Virus record (IMG/VR): IMGVR_UViG_3300022930_000001
Span: 1-64,000 of that record
Strand: one strand, 5' to 3'
DNA length: 64,000 nucleotides
Origin: a virus
Numbering within the stretch: position 1 is the first letter of the stretch; each line of letters opens with the position of its first letter. Below are positions 40,769 through 50,067 of this stretch, piece by piece. Position numbers and translations under genes: made by a program. Below the pieces are notes generated by a model. That model worked only from the letters and a program-made list of their open reading frames with translations. It had not been told where the DNA came from and ran no database searches.

Positions 40769-41683
40769 TGACAAAATAGGCGCATAGTTTAGTAATAAAC
40801 TAATGAAAATTGGGTGAATTCAAAGGAAATCTTAAGTAAAATTTATTTGGTTATATGGGATTTATTATATATCTTTGCAAAAAGAATCCCACTTATGGCA
40901 ACATATGAATTACAAACAAAAGTTAGAAAAAGTGACAATAGAAAATCTTTTAAAATAGATGATCGAGTTAATGAATTTACAATTATTGATGATCAATTTT
41001 ATAAAACAAATGCTTCCAATCATTTACACTTAAAATGTAAATGTCAATGCGGAAATACTTGTTATGAAAGAGTTGATCATCTACGTGATGGTAAAAGAAA
41101 AAGTTGTCCTAAATGTACACAAGATGTTAATAATAAAAAAATTAGACCTTTTGGAGAAATGACTTCATACTCATTTATTACTTTAAAAAGTCGAGCAGTT
41201 GAACGAAATTTAGAATTTGATTTAGATATGGAATATCTTCATAATCTTTTTATTGAACAAAATCGTAAATGTGCTCTATCTAAAATGGATATAAGTATTA
41301 AAAAATTAGCATCAGGTCGTATTACTGCGTCATTAGATAGAATTGATTCCAAAAAAGGTTATATTAAAGGTAATGTACAATGGCTACATACAAGAGTTAA
41401 TATAATGAAGAGTAATATGGAAGAAATATTATTTATTAACATATGTAATTTAGTTTGTAAAAATAATCAAGAATTAATACAAGATAATTTTGATCCAAGT
41501 CTACTGAATGAATTCTCTTTTAACGAGAAAGTAAGTAGGAAGGAGCAACGACTAGAGATTGAGGATATTCAAACCAATAACATCTCCAAGAGCGCCCGAC
41601 ATCCAGAAATGGATGATGACATAGTCTGAGCTATATAGAAATATATAGAAATTAGGATAAAGAGCCTAATGATAACAAAACTG
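40769..41683 (+). mobile_element. group I intron in amidoligase gene, with HNH ORF
   Basis: R GCAACGACTAG, S GACATAGTCT; 3' end GGATAAAGAGCC..TAACAAAACTG resembles the polA intron; splicing CGC-T|AT-TAC gives RYYALN..TIEHR. Confidence 0.85.
40895..41629 (+). CDS. intron-encoded HNH homing endonuclease
   Basis: CKCQCG..SC.C, CALS, ASLDRIDSKKGYIKGNVQW..N.MK; TATCTTTG promoter at 40870. Confidence 0.88.
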   Translation: MATYELQTKVRKSDNRKSFKIDDRVNEFTIIDDQFYKTNASNHLHLKCKCQCGNTCYERVDHLRDGKRKSCPKCTQDVNNKKIRPFGEMTSYSFITLKSRAVERNLEFDLDMEYLHNLFIEQNRKCALSKMDISIKKLASGRITASLDRIDSKKGYIKGNVQWLHTRVNIMKSNMEEILFINICNLVCKNNQELIQDNFDPSLLNEFSFNEKVSRKEQRLEIEDIQTNNISKSARHPEMDDDIV

Positions 41684-42069
41684 ATTACGCACTTAACATG
41701 TTAAATATGCTATTTTCAGAGCGTAAAACTATAGAGCATCGTTTACATACTCCTACATTAAATTCAACTAAAGTAATAAATTGGTTGTTTATTGTAAATG
41801 CAATATGTAAATATGCTGAGAAAAATATGCAAAAAATACTAACAACTGAAGGAAATATTTCTCTTAAAGAAGTATTTAATTATTATCGTGAAGCAAATCC
41901 TGAAAATGATAGAGCGGGCTTTGTATCAGATTTTTTATGGGCTTATTATGAAAGTCGAGTTAAATCTTTTCAAAAGGATCTTAAAAATGATGATAAAATT
42001 AGTGAATGGGAGATGAAACAAGATAAAAAATACGTATTTATGTATCAAGGAATAAGTTCTTTGGTATAA
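41684..42069 (+). CDS. putative amidoligase, exon 2
   Basis: Y.LN...TIEHR.H..T....K...W amidoligase C-terminal motif. Confidence 0.85.
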
Positions 42070-42073
42070 AATT

Positions 42074-42168
42074 AAAATAAATAAGAACTGGTAACTTAGA
42101 TGCTTTAAAGAGATTGCCTACAAGCGATTTGACATAGGTTGGACTCCTATCCAGTTCTTATTTATTTT
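42074..42168 (+). ncRNA. tRNA-like element (degenerate tRNA-Val(UAC)-like)
   Basis: Cloverleaf: GAACTGG/CCAGTTC extended to 18 bp, ATTGC-CTACAA-GCGAT, ATAGG-TTGGACT-CCTAT. Confidence 0.55.
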
Positions 42169-42202
42169 TGTTATTATTAACTATTTAGAGTATCTTTGTG
42201 CC

Positions 42203-42640
42203 ATGAATACATGGACTTACAAAGGAGAAATAATAGATAATATAGATAAAGTGCCTGAAGGTGCTATTGGTTTTATATATTGCCTTACGAATATTAATAC
42301 CGGAAAGCAGTATATCGGTAAAAAATATCTTTATAGTGAACGAAAGAAAAATCTTACTAAAAAAGAAATTTCAGAACTTGCTAGTAAAAGATTAAAACAT
42401 TGGAAAACAGTTAAATCAGAAAGTGATTGGCTTACTTATAATTCTTCCTCTGAAGAAATCAAGAAAGAAATAAAAGAAGGTCAATTATTTCAGAAAGAAA
42501 TATTATATTGGACATTTAATAAAATAAGTACAACATATTTAGAAATACGTACCCAGATGGAATTACGAGTTTTAGAATCAAATATGTATTACAACAATAA
42601 TATAAATTCTAGCTGGTTTAGAGATAATATAGGAATATAA
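42203..42640 (+). CDS. GIY-YIG (Seg-like) endonuclease
   Basis: GFIY..TN...GKQYIGKK, W..Y.SS, YYN.NI. Confidence 0.88.
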   Translation: MNTWTYKGEIIDNIDKVPEGAIGFIYCLTNINTGKQYIGKKYLYSERKKNLTKKEISELASKRLKHWKTVKSESDWLTYNSSSEEIKKEIKEGQLFQKEILYWTFNKISTTYLEIRTQMELRVLESNMYYNNNINSSWFRDNIGI

Positions 42641-42649
42641 AATATATAA

Positions 42650-42907
42650 ATGAAAACAATAGCTGAAATAAGTGATAAATATGAAAATTCGGGATGTAAT
42701 GAAATAAGTTATGCTTATGAGTATGATCAGGTAGTAGATATTGCTAAAGATTATTCTTTTAAAATTTTAAAAGAACTATTAAAAGAATTATATAAGTTTA
42801 ATAGACACAGTGCAGGTGGACAAGATAGTTGTGTTGGAGTAAGAGAAGCCTACGGTAAAAATCTTATAGAAATTGTTGAAAAATATAAACATCAATTAGA
42901 AGAATAA
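42650..42907 (+). CDS. hypothetical protein
   Basis: ORF in operon. Confidence 0.55.
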   Translation: MKTIAEISDKYENSGCNEISYAYEYDQVVDIAKDYSFKILKELLKELYKFNRHSAGGQDSCVGVREAYGKNLIEIVEKYKHQLEE

Positions 42908-42910
42908 AAT

Positions 42911-44056
42911 ATGCAAAATAAAGAATACGCAGATAATTATGGTATTAGTCAAAGTCAAATCAAGAAATTCAAATTTGTTAGCCCTTTAGCGTGGAAACGT
43001 TTGTATTTAGACAAACAAACTGATGATGTAAAGGATAATCCAAGTTTTATTTTCGGTTCACTCGTCGATATACTTTGCTTTACACCAGATAGATTAGATG
43101 ATTTATTTTATGTAGGTGAAGCAGGTGAATTACCTTCAGAAGCAGTAACATGGATAATTAATGATTATTATCAAAAGATTGTTAGAAATAATCAATTTAT
43201 GATAGAACTTTCTGCAGAACTTCCTGAAGATGGTTTATTGCGAGAATTTAATTTAAATGATCGAGATCATCTTATTGATTCTGCAAATAATTATAAATTT
43301 AAAGATAAAGATGGTAATGAAAAGACTGGTTGGAATACTGGTTGGAAAGAACAAACTCGTATTGATTCTTTAATTAAAAATGGTACTAATTATTTTGAAG
43401 CTTTAAAAGCTGCAAATGGTAAAAAAGTAATATCCCAACGAATGAATATGGAAGCAATTGAATTGCGAGATATTCTTCAAAGGCATCCAAGAACAACAAA
43501 TTATTTTGTTCCTGATGAAAATAATACTCTTTTATTTCAGCTTGAAATATTTACCACTTATAAAGTAGATGATGTAGAAGTTCCAATTAAAGGTGCTTTA
43601 GATATAGTTAGGTTTAATCATAAGGATAAAACAGTGCAAATTATAGATTTTAAAACATCTTATTCTGCATTTGATTTTATTCAAAGTATTAAAAAATATG
43701 GATATGCAGAGCAGCTATCGTTCTATACTTTCCTATTAAAGCAGTGGCTAACTGAATATTGCAATGGAGAATATTGTACTTATACAATGCTTCCACCAAT
43801 TAATATTGTTATAGATAATCGTGATAAAATACCTTATAAATATTCTTATGATTGGCAAGATATTGAAATAGTTCGCTATGGTAATAAAGCCTATTTAAAG
43901 GATTTATATCAAACAGAAAATCACAATCAAAAGATTAAAACTGGTTGGGAAGAAATTCTTTGTGAAATAGCTTGGCATATGAAAACTGGAATGTGGAATG
44001 AACCTCGTGAGCTATATGAAAATGATACAATTCGTGTAAATTTAATAAATAGTTAA
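42911..44056 (+). CDS. PD-(D/E)XK exonuclease (RecB-family)
   Basis: SQS.IK, FGSLVD, KGALD, IDFKT, YGY..QL.FY. Confidence 0.85.
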   Translation: MQNKEYADNYGISQSQIKKFKFVSPLAWKRLYLDKQTDDVKDNPSFIFGSLVDILCFTPDRLDDLFYVGEAGELPSEAVTWIINDYYQKIVRNNQFMIELSAELPEDGLLREFNLNDRDHLIDSANNYKFKDKDGNEKTGWNTGWKEQTRIDSLIKNGTNYFEALKAANGKKVISQRMNMEAIELRDILQRHPRTTNYFVPDENNTLLFQLEIFTTYKVDDVEVPIKGALDIVRFNHKDKTVQIIDFKTSYSAFDFIQSIKKYGYAEQLSFYTFLLKQWLTEYCNGEYCTYTMLPPINIVIDNRDKIPYKYSYDWQDIEIVRYGNKAYLKDLYQTENHNQKIKTGWEEILCEIAWHMKTGMWNEPRELYENDTIRVNLINS

Positions 44057-44057
44057 T

Positions 44058-44291
44058 ATGGGAGCTAGAGGAGTAAAACCTAAAAAGTATAAAAATTGTT
44101 CTGAATCAGGACATAAAGGAATATTTAAAAATGCAAAAAGTAAAAAAAATCCTTATACTGCACAAATAAGTTTTTATACTAAAGGTGGTAAAAGAAATGG
44201 TGGATTATTAAAAAATATTCATCTTGGTAATTTTCCAACATTAGAAGAAGCTGTAAAAGTTAGAACAGAAACAATTGAAAATTTAATATGA
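44058..44291 (+). CDS. stand-alone AP2-like DNA-binding protein
   Basis: SGHKGI..Y.AQI..HLG.F.TLEEA..R. Confidence 0.75.
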   Translation: MGARGVKPKKYKNCSESGHKGIFKNAKSKKNPYTAQISFYTKGGKRNGGLLKNIHLGNFPTLEEAVKVRTETIENLI

Positions 44292-44917
44292 CAAAGAATG
44301 ATATAGATTTAAAAATAATTATCAAGGAAGATTGCGAAATACCTACAAGTAAATATAATGGTAAATATAGTAAATCTACTTTATTTCTTTTACCGATGTT
44401 AGGTTTAAATATCCGAGATAAGTTAATAAATAAGTATTTAAAAAATACTTTTATAAATGATGAAGGAATTGAACACGTTTTTACTAACTGTTTATTCCTT
44501 CTTTTTAATGTAAAAAATCTTCGAGAAAAAGATTGGCAAGAATTATCATTAAATTTAAAACAAGATAAATATCATAGATTAGATTATTATGTAGGAATAA
44601 ATGAAAATGTTCATTTAGTAATGTTTGTAATGGAAATACCTGAACGATATATATCTGATTATAACTCGTTTTTAGAAGGTAATTATAGCAAATTTACAAT
44701 GGAATATAAGTCTAAATTTCCTGCAAGAATAAGTAATACTACCGGAGTATCTGTAGAATCTATTGTTTATGGAGCTATTTATAAAACAGATAATTTAAAA
44801 AATCTTATTTGCAAAGAATTTAATCTAGAAAGGTCGTTTGTAAATCAATTAGATGAAATTTGGGATAAATATAAAGAATCTGAAGAAATTTATCGTTTAA
44901 AACAGAATAATGAATAA
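44288..44917 (+). CDS. conserved phage hypothetical protein (FLLPML..F.EG.YSK)
   Basis: ORF with recurring phage motifs. Confidence 0.7.
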   Translation: MTKNDIDLKIIIKEDCEIPTSKYNGKYSKSTLFLLPMLGLNIRDKLINKYLKNTFINDEGIEHVFTNCLFLLFNVKNLREKDWQELSLNLKQDKYHRLDYYVGINENVHLVMFVMEIPERYISDYNSFLEGNYSKFTMEYKSKFPARISNTTGVSVESIVYGAIYKTDNLKNLICKEFNLERSFVNQLDEIWDKYKESEEIYRLKQNNE

Positions 44918-45272
44918 AATAACAAGAAAAGAAGTATTGACTAGTGATAGTTATCTAGATTTAATACAATATTGTGCTCAGGATAATAATCCATCATTTA
45001 ATTATAATAAGGCTTTAGAAGAATGTGGTGAATTTGCAGAAGTAATTTTAAAACTTCAAACAAAGAAAAAAGAAAGTCTTAAAGGTTTAACAAAAGAAGA
45101 TGCAATAGAAGAATATGCCCATATGGTATTACGTGGAAAAATAGCATTAATGACCTTATTTCCTGATCATACGGATTTAGAAATTACATTAAAAGTTCGT
45201 AATTACATTAATCAAAAGCTTTTTAAATTAAAAGGTTATTTAAAAGAAAATAAATATAAAAAAGGACTTTAA
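44910..45272 (+). CDS. MazG-like nucleotide pyrophosphohydrolase (tentative)
   Basis: K.LEECGEF..+ ... +EE.A helical motifs. Confidence 0.55.
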   Translation: MNKITRKEVLTSDSYLDLIQYCAQDNNPSFNYNKALEECGEFAEVILKLQTKKKESLKGLTKEDAIEEYAHMVLRGKIALMTLFPDHTDLEITLKVRNYINQKLFKLKGYLKENKYKKGL

Positions 45273-45274
45273 TT

Positions 45275-46093
45275 ATGCCAGAAGAAATAAATTTAGAAAA
45301 TAATCAAAACGCAAATGCTTTTAATATACGAGAATGGTTAGTTGATCTTGATCCAATACAACACCATCTCGATGACGGTTTACATTTAGAAGATGTAAGG
45401 TTTATATCCCTGATTAAACAATATATTTTACTACATAATGATCGACCTATAAGGACTTGGAATTTAAATAGAATTCTTTTAAATACTGAAGTGGATAATT
45501 TCCAAAGAATAACGTTAATAGAAACAGAAGCTGCTGGTATTAATGGCTATCGAGGAGAATTAGAATATGGTATTAAAACCACAACTGGTGAATTATTTAT
45601 TATATGGTGGGGAGATACCCCAGCAAAACAAATAGCTCGTGAAAATAATGTGGCACCTGTTCCAGAACCTATTGGAGTAGCTGCTAGATGGGGTAATGTA
45701 CGGCAAGTTAATTTTGAAGGAGAACTTCCCGCAAATAAACCTCAAAGAAAAAAAGCAACAACAATTCCTCTTTCAAAAAAAGATTATTATATTTATCAAG
45801 GAAATAAATATGCAAAGGAATTAGATACGTATATGAAAGCACAAATTCGTGTAAATGGTCACGATCGATTTATTCTATTTAATCCTAGTTATGAATATAA
45901 AGAAAAAAAAGTCATTAATAAAAATGAAGAATGTGTTATAAATATTTATGAACTTGCAGATTTTTATACAAATAAAGAATTACGAGCAAAATATTCTGAC
46001 TTTGACATTGCAAAATACGAAACAGAATATACTGCGCTTGTTAAGATACACATTCAGAACATTAGAAAATTCAACTCAAATAATAATGGATAA
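45275..46093 (+). CDS. hypothetical protein
   Basis: 272-aa ORF. Confidence 0.7.
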   Translation: MPEEINLENNQNANAFNIREWLVDLDPIQHHLDDGLHLEDVRFISLIKQYILLHNDRPIRTWNLNRILLNTEVDNFQRITLIETEAAGINGYRGELEYGIKTTTGELFIIWWGDTPAKQIARENNVAPVPEPIGVAARWGNVRQVNFEGELPANKPQRKKATTIPLSKKDYYIYQGNKYAKELDTYMKAQIRVNGHDRFILFNPSYEYKEKKVINKNEECVINIYELADFYTNKELRAKYSDFDIAKYETEYTALVKIHIQNIRKFNSNNNG

Positions 46094-46544
46094 TAATAGA
46101 AAACAAATAATCGTTCATTTAGTAAAAACAATTACTTATCCTAAAGCTGCTTTAGATCGTAGTTATCCTTTTGATGATGCACGCCAACAAGCAATACATC
46201 ACTTATCTTCTGAAATCGGAGATATGTTTAAAAATGGACATGTTGAACATTTACCTGCAGATTTTTTTGATATTGAAATAAAAGAGGAAAGTCCTTTTGT
46301 ATTGCGAGAAACAATAAAAATGATGTATGAGGATAAACGTGGTAATTTTCGTAATAAAATAATTCTTGAAGATGCTGTTCGAGCAGTATCTGAATTATTT
46401 GTTATGAAAAAATTTAATAATGATATTTATATTACTGAAGGAAAAGAGAAAAAATTAAAACCTGAATGTGATGATACATTTAATGATATTTATTATGAAG
46501 TAATGAATATTCTTAAAACTCAAAGAAAACGAAATAATTTCTAA
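46086..46544 (+). CDS. hypothetical protein
   Basis: ATG 46086 overlaps the upstream stop region. Confidence 0.65.
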   Translation: MDNNRKQIIVHLVKTITYPKAALDRSYPFDDARQQAIHHLSSEIGDMFKNGHVEHLPADFFDIEIKEESPFVLRETIKMMYEDKRGNFRNKIILEDAVRAVSELFVMKKFNNDIYITEGKEKKLKPECDDTFNDIYYEVMNILKTQRKRNNF

Positions 46545-46735
46545 TGGAAGAAGATATTGAAAAAAATATTGAAAACTATTCTTTAGTTGAATTACAAGAA
46601 GCTATTGTAAATTTAGATGAAAAATATAAAAAATTTACAGATAAATTAGATAGAAAAAATGTAAGAAAGAATATGTTAGAATTGTATAAAATATACAATC
46701 ATAAGGTTGGATTTGATGCATTTAATATAAAATAA
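46544..46735 (+). CDS. hypothetical protein
   Basis: TAATG-coupled ORF. Confidence 0.55.
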   Translation: MEEDIEKNIENYSLVELQEAIVNLDEKYKKFTDKLDRKNVRKNMLELYKIYNHKVGFDAFNIK

Positions 46736-46737
46736 AA

Positions 46738-46765
46738 AAAGCCCTAGATTAATTTCTAGGGCTTT
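46738..46765. terminator. bidirectional terminator
   Basis: AAAGCCCTAGA-TTAATT-TCTAGGGCTTT between convergent genes. Confidence 0.8.
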
Positions 46766-46770
46766 ACTTT

Positions 46771-47073
46771 TTAATAAATATTTGGCTCAGTATCTACTGA
46801 ATGAGGTTTATTATTAATAAACGTTTCATACATTTTTAAGATTTCTTCTTTAGATATTTCATTTCCGTCAATATCCTCATATTTTATAGTAATTTTACCA
46901 TTCATTAGATTTCGTATAAATACATTTTCTAAGACAGGTATAAATTTAGTAAAAGCTTCAGATACTGTTTCTATTGCTTTCAATTCTTCTCCGTTTATTT
47001 CAAATTTTTCCTCAAGATTCCAAATAGGTTTCTGACGAAATTGACGTAAATTATTATTATCGTTATTGTTCAT
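46771..47073 (-). CDS. hypothetical protein, paralog of 55310
   Basis: W...+.F.+.G.EL.A+ ... RN+..GKI; own TATCTTTG promoter at 47095-47102 (-). Confidence 0.7.
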   Translation of the reverse strand: MNNNDNNNLRQFRQKPIWNLEEKFEINGEELKAIETVSEAFTKFIPVLENVFIRNLMNGKITIKYEDIDGNEISKEEILKMYETFINNKPHSVDTEPNIY

Positions 47074-47181
47074 TTGATTAAATTATTTATACTGCAAAGA
47101 TAATCTAATTAAATTAATTAAACAAATAAATTTTTTAAATCAGTAAAAATAAATTAAATTTGCAGAAACTAATAAAAATAT

Positions 47182-49833
47182 ATGAACGAACAAAAATTAA
47201 TAGAGTATTTCAATAATGATGATTTAGCGGTAAGTGTATGGAAAAGTAAATATCAATTAAAAAATAATGAAGGTATTCCTCAAGAAGAAACTCCTGATGA
47301 TATGCATCGAAGACTTGCAAAAGAATTTGCACGAGTAGAATTTGAAAATATTGCAAAAGATTCTGGTAGAACTAATGCATTATCAGAATTTGGTAAAAAT
47401 AAACAATGGCAATTGTCTCAATCTTCTTTAGCTCAAATTGAAGAAGAAGTTTTCAGTTATTTTAAGGATTTTAAATATATTATTCCTCAAGGAAGTATAA
47501 TGCAAATTCTTGGAAATACCTATAAAACAGGTTCACTTTCAAACTGTTTTGTTGTACCAAGTCCTTATGATTCATATGGTGGTATATGTAAGACAGATGA
47601 ACAAATGGCTCAATTAATGAAACGTAGAGGTGGTGTAGGCACTAATCTTAATACTTTGCGTCCTTCTAAAACTATAGTTAATAATGCTGCAGGAACTTCA
47701 ACTGGCGCTGCTTCGTTTATGGAACGATACAGTAATACTACTCGTGAAGTCGCACAGGATGGGCGTAGAGGTGCATTAATGCTACTTCTAGATGTAAGGC
47801 ATCCAGATATATTTAAATTTGTTACGGCTAAGAAAGACAGAACCAAAGTAACAGGCGCAAATATTAGTGTAATGCTTACAGATGCATTTATGAATGCTGC
47901 AAAAAATGATACCGATTTTTTATGTAAATTTCCAATAGATTTACAATTAAAAACTGAATGGATTCCTGAATCTATGTCCTATAATAAACTTATAGAAATC
48001 AATAATAATTCAGGAACTTGGATAATGAAGATTAAAGCTAAAGAGCTTTTTGATCTTATTATAGAAATGGCTTGGGAAAATGCAGAGCCTGGATTAGCAT
48101 TTATAGATCAAGTCAATAATTATTCTCCTGATGGAGTTTATCATATTATTAATAAATCAAATCCATGCGGTGAACAGTGGTTACCCGATTATGATAGTTG
48201 TAGACTTATTGCACTTAATTTATTTTCAGTAGTAGATAATCCGTTTACTAAGGAAGCTAAACTTAATTTAAATAAGCTTTATGAAATATCATATATGCAG
48301 CAACGTTTTGCAGATGATATAGTAGATCTTGAAATAGAATATGTCAAACGTATTATAGTAAAAATACAAAACGATCCAGAGCCTGAAGAAGTAAAGCGGA
48401 CTGAAATAGAATTATGGAATAATGTTTTGCATGTAGCTAAGACAGGACGTAGAACAGGATGTGGTATAACGGCCTTAGGAGACATGTTAGCGGCTTTAAA
48501 TCTTAAATATGATAGTGATGCTTCACTTGAAGTAATTGATACTGTATTTAAGACTAAAATACGTGCAGAATTAGATTGTACTATAGATCTTTCAATTTTA
48601 CGTGGATCATTTGAAGGATGGAATCCAGATAAAGAATTTGGAAGTAAAAGTAGTTATCAACATACTGGATGTTGGTATGCCCAAAATGATTTTTATCAAA
48701 ATCTTTTAGAGGAGTTTCCTGAACAAACTTATAAAATGATAGAATATGGTCGTAGAAATATATCATGGTCTACTGTAGCTCCTACAGGATCATTATCTAT
48801 TCTTGCTAAAGCTATCTCAAGCCCTAATCTAACATCTGGTATGGAACCAGTATTTGCTCCATATTATATGCGTAGGAAGAAAATTAATCCTAATGATAAT
48901 GATGTACGAGTAGATTTTACAGATCAGAATGGTGATAAATGGCAAGAATTTCCAGTATTAATGGGTGCGTTTAAAGATTGGCTTACAATTAGATATACTG
49001 AAGAATTTCCACCTTTTAATGGGCCATATCCAACTTTTGAAGAACATTTTACTAAAGAACGTGTAAAACATGAATTTGAAAATTCTCCTTGGTATGGTTC
49101 TACTGCTAATGATATAAATTGGGAAAAGCGTGTTCAAATACAAGCAATTATTCAAAAATATACAACAAACGCAATTAGTAGTACTATAAATCTTCCTAAA
49201 ACAGCTACTAAAGAAGAAGTAGCAACGATATATTGGAAAGCTTGGGAATTAGGGCTAAAAGGAATCACAATTTATGTCGATGAGTGTAGATCAGGTGTTC
49301 TTATTTCTAATGATGCAAAAAAAGAAGCAACATTTTCTCAGAAAGATGCTATTAAACGTCCTTTAGCTCTTGATTGTGATGTACATTCTGTAAAAGTTAA
49401 AGGAATAGAATATACTATTGCAGTATCTATTTTAGAAGAACATCCTTATGAAGTATTTGTAATGCCTAATATAACTACGACTTGTAAAAAAGGTTGTGTA
49501 GTACGTGTTAAGAAAGGTAATTATAATCTTGTAGATGAAGGTGGGCAACTTTGTATAGAAAATATAAGTGCAAGAGTTAACGAAGAAGAAGCTGCAATTG
49601 CAAGACTTATTTCAACATCGTTAAGACACGGCACAGCAGTAGAGCATCTTGTTAATCAACTTAACAAGACACATGGTTCACTTGTAAGCTATAGTAAAGC
49701 TATTTCAAGAGTTTTATCTAAATATGTAGAAGCTAAAGAAACAGGTGAAAAATGTCCTGATTGTGGTGGTAAACTACGTAAAGAAGAAGGATGTACTAAA
49801 TGTGCTGATAATTGCGGTTACAGCCGTTGCTAA
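47182..49833 (+). CDS. nrdJ: class II (B12-dependent) ribonucleotide reductase
   Basis: SLSNCF, RRGGVG, RRGALM, GANISV, NPCGEQ, TVAPTG, AISSTINLP, C-terminal TSCPD/Zn ribbon. Confidence 0.93.
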   Translation: MNEQKLIEYFNNDDLAVSVWKSKYQLKNNEGIPQEETPDDMHRRLAKEFARVEFENIAKDSGRTNALSEFGKNKQWQLSQSSLAQIEEEVFSYFKDFKYIIPQGSIMQILGNTYKTGSLSNCFVVPSPYDSYGGICKTDEQMAQLMKRRGGVGTNLNTLRPSKTIVNNAAGTSTGAASFMERYSNTTREVAQDGRRGALMLLLDVRHPDIFKFVTAKKDRTKVTGANISVMLTDAFMNAAKNDTDFLCKFPIDLQLKTEWIPESMSYNKLIEINNNSGTWIMKIKAKELFDLIIEMAWENAEPGLAFIDQVNNYSPDGVYHIINKSNPCGEQWLPDYDSCRLIALNLFSVVDNPFTKEAKLNLNKLYEISYMQQRFADDIVDLEIEYVKRIIVKIQNDPEPEEVKRTEIELWNNVLHVAKTGRRTGCGITALGDMLAALNLKYDSDASLEVIDTVFKTKIRAELDCTIDLSILRGSFEGWNPDKEFGSKSSYQHTGCWYAQNDFYQNLLEEFPEQTYKMIEYGRRNISWSTVAPTGSLSILAKAISSPNLTSGMEPVFAPYYMRRKKINPNDNDVRVDFTDQNGDKWQEFPVLMGAFKDWLTIRYTEEFPPFNGPYPTFEEHFTKERVKHEFENSPWYGSTANDINWEKRVQIQAIIQKYTTNAISSTINLPKTATKEEVATIYWKAWELGLKGITIYVDECRSGVLISNDAKKEATFSQKDAIKRPLALDCDVHSVKVKGIEYTIAVSILEEHPYEVFVMPNITTTCKKGCVVRVKKGNYNLVDEGGQLCIENISARVNEEEAAIARLISTSLRHGTAVEHLVNQLNKTHGSLVSYSKAISRVLSKYVEAKETGEKCPDCGGKLRKEEGCTKCADNCGYSRC

Positions 49834-49842
49834 ACAGTTAAT

Positions 49843-50064
49843 ATGAGTAAAGAAGAAAAAGAGCTGATAAAACAGGGTATTCAATGGCATGGATACCCTG
49901 TTAGACCAATTGGAGGACAACAAGCAGGAACACCAATAATGGGTGCTCATTTAACACATCCTGATTTTGATTTTGAAATAAAATGTCGAGAATTTAGATC
50001 TCAATTACAAAGTAAACAATTTTGTTTAGATGTTTTTGATCTATTTTTAGATGAAATAAGATAA
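49843..50064 (+). CDS. stand-alone RF-1 (GGQ) peptidyl-tRNA hydrolase-like domain
   Basis: GGQ..G......LTH.....I.C...RSQ...K parallels release-factor domain 3. Confidence 0.7.
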   Translation: MSKEEKELIKQGIQWHGYPVRPIGGQQAGTPIMGAHLTHPDFDFEIKCREFRSQLQSKQFCLDVFDLFLDEIR

Positions 50065-50067
50065 AAT

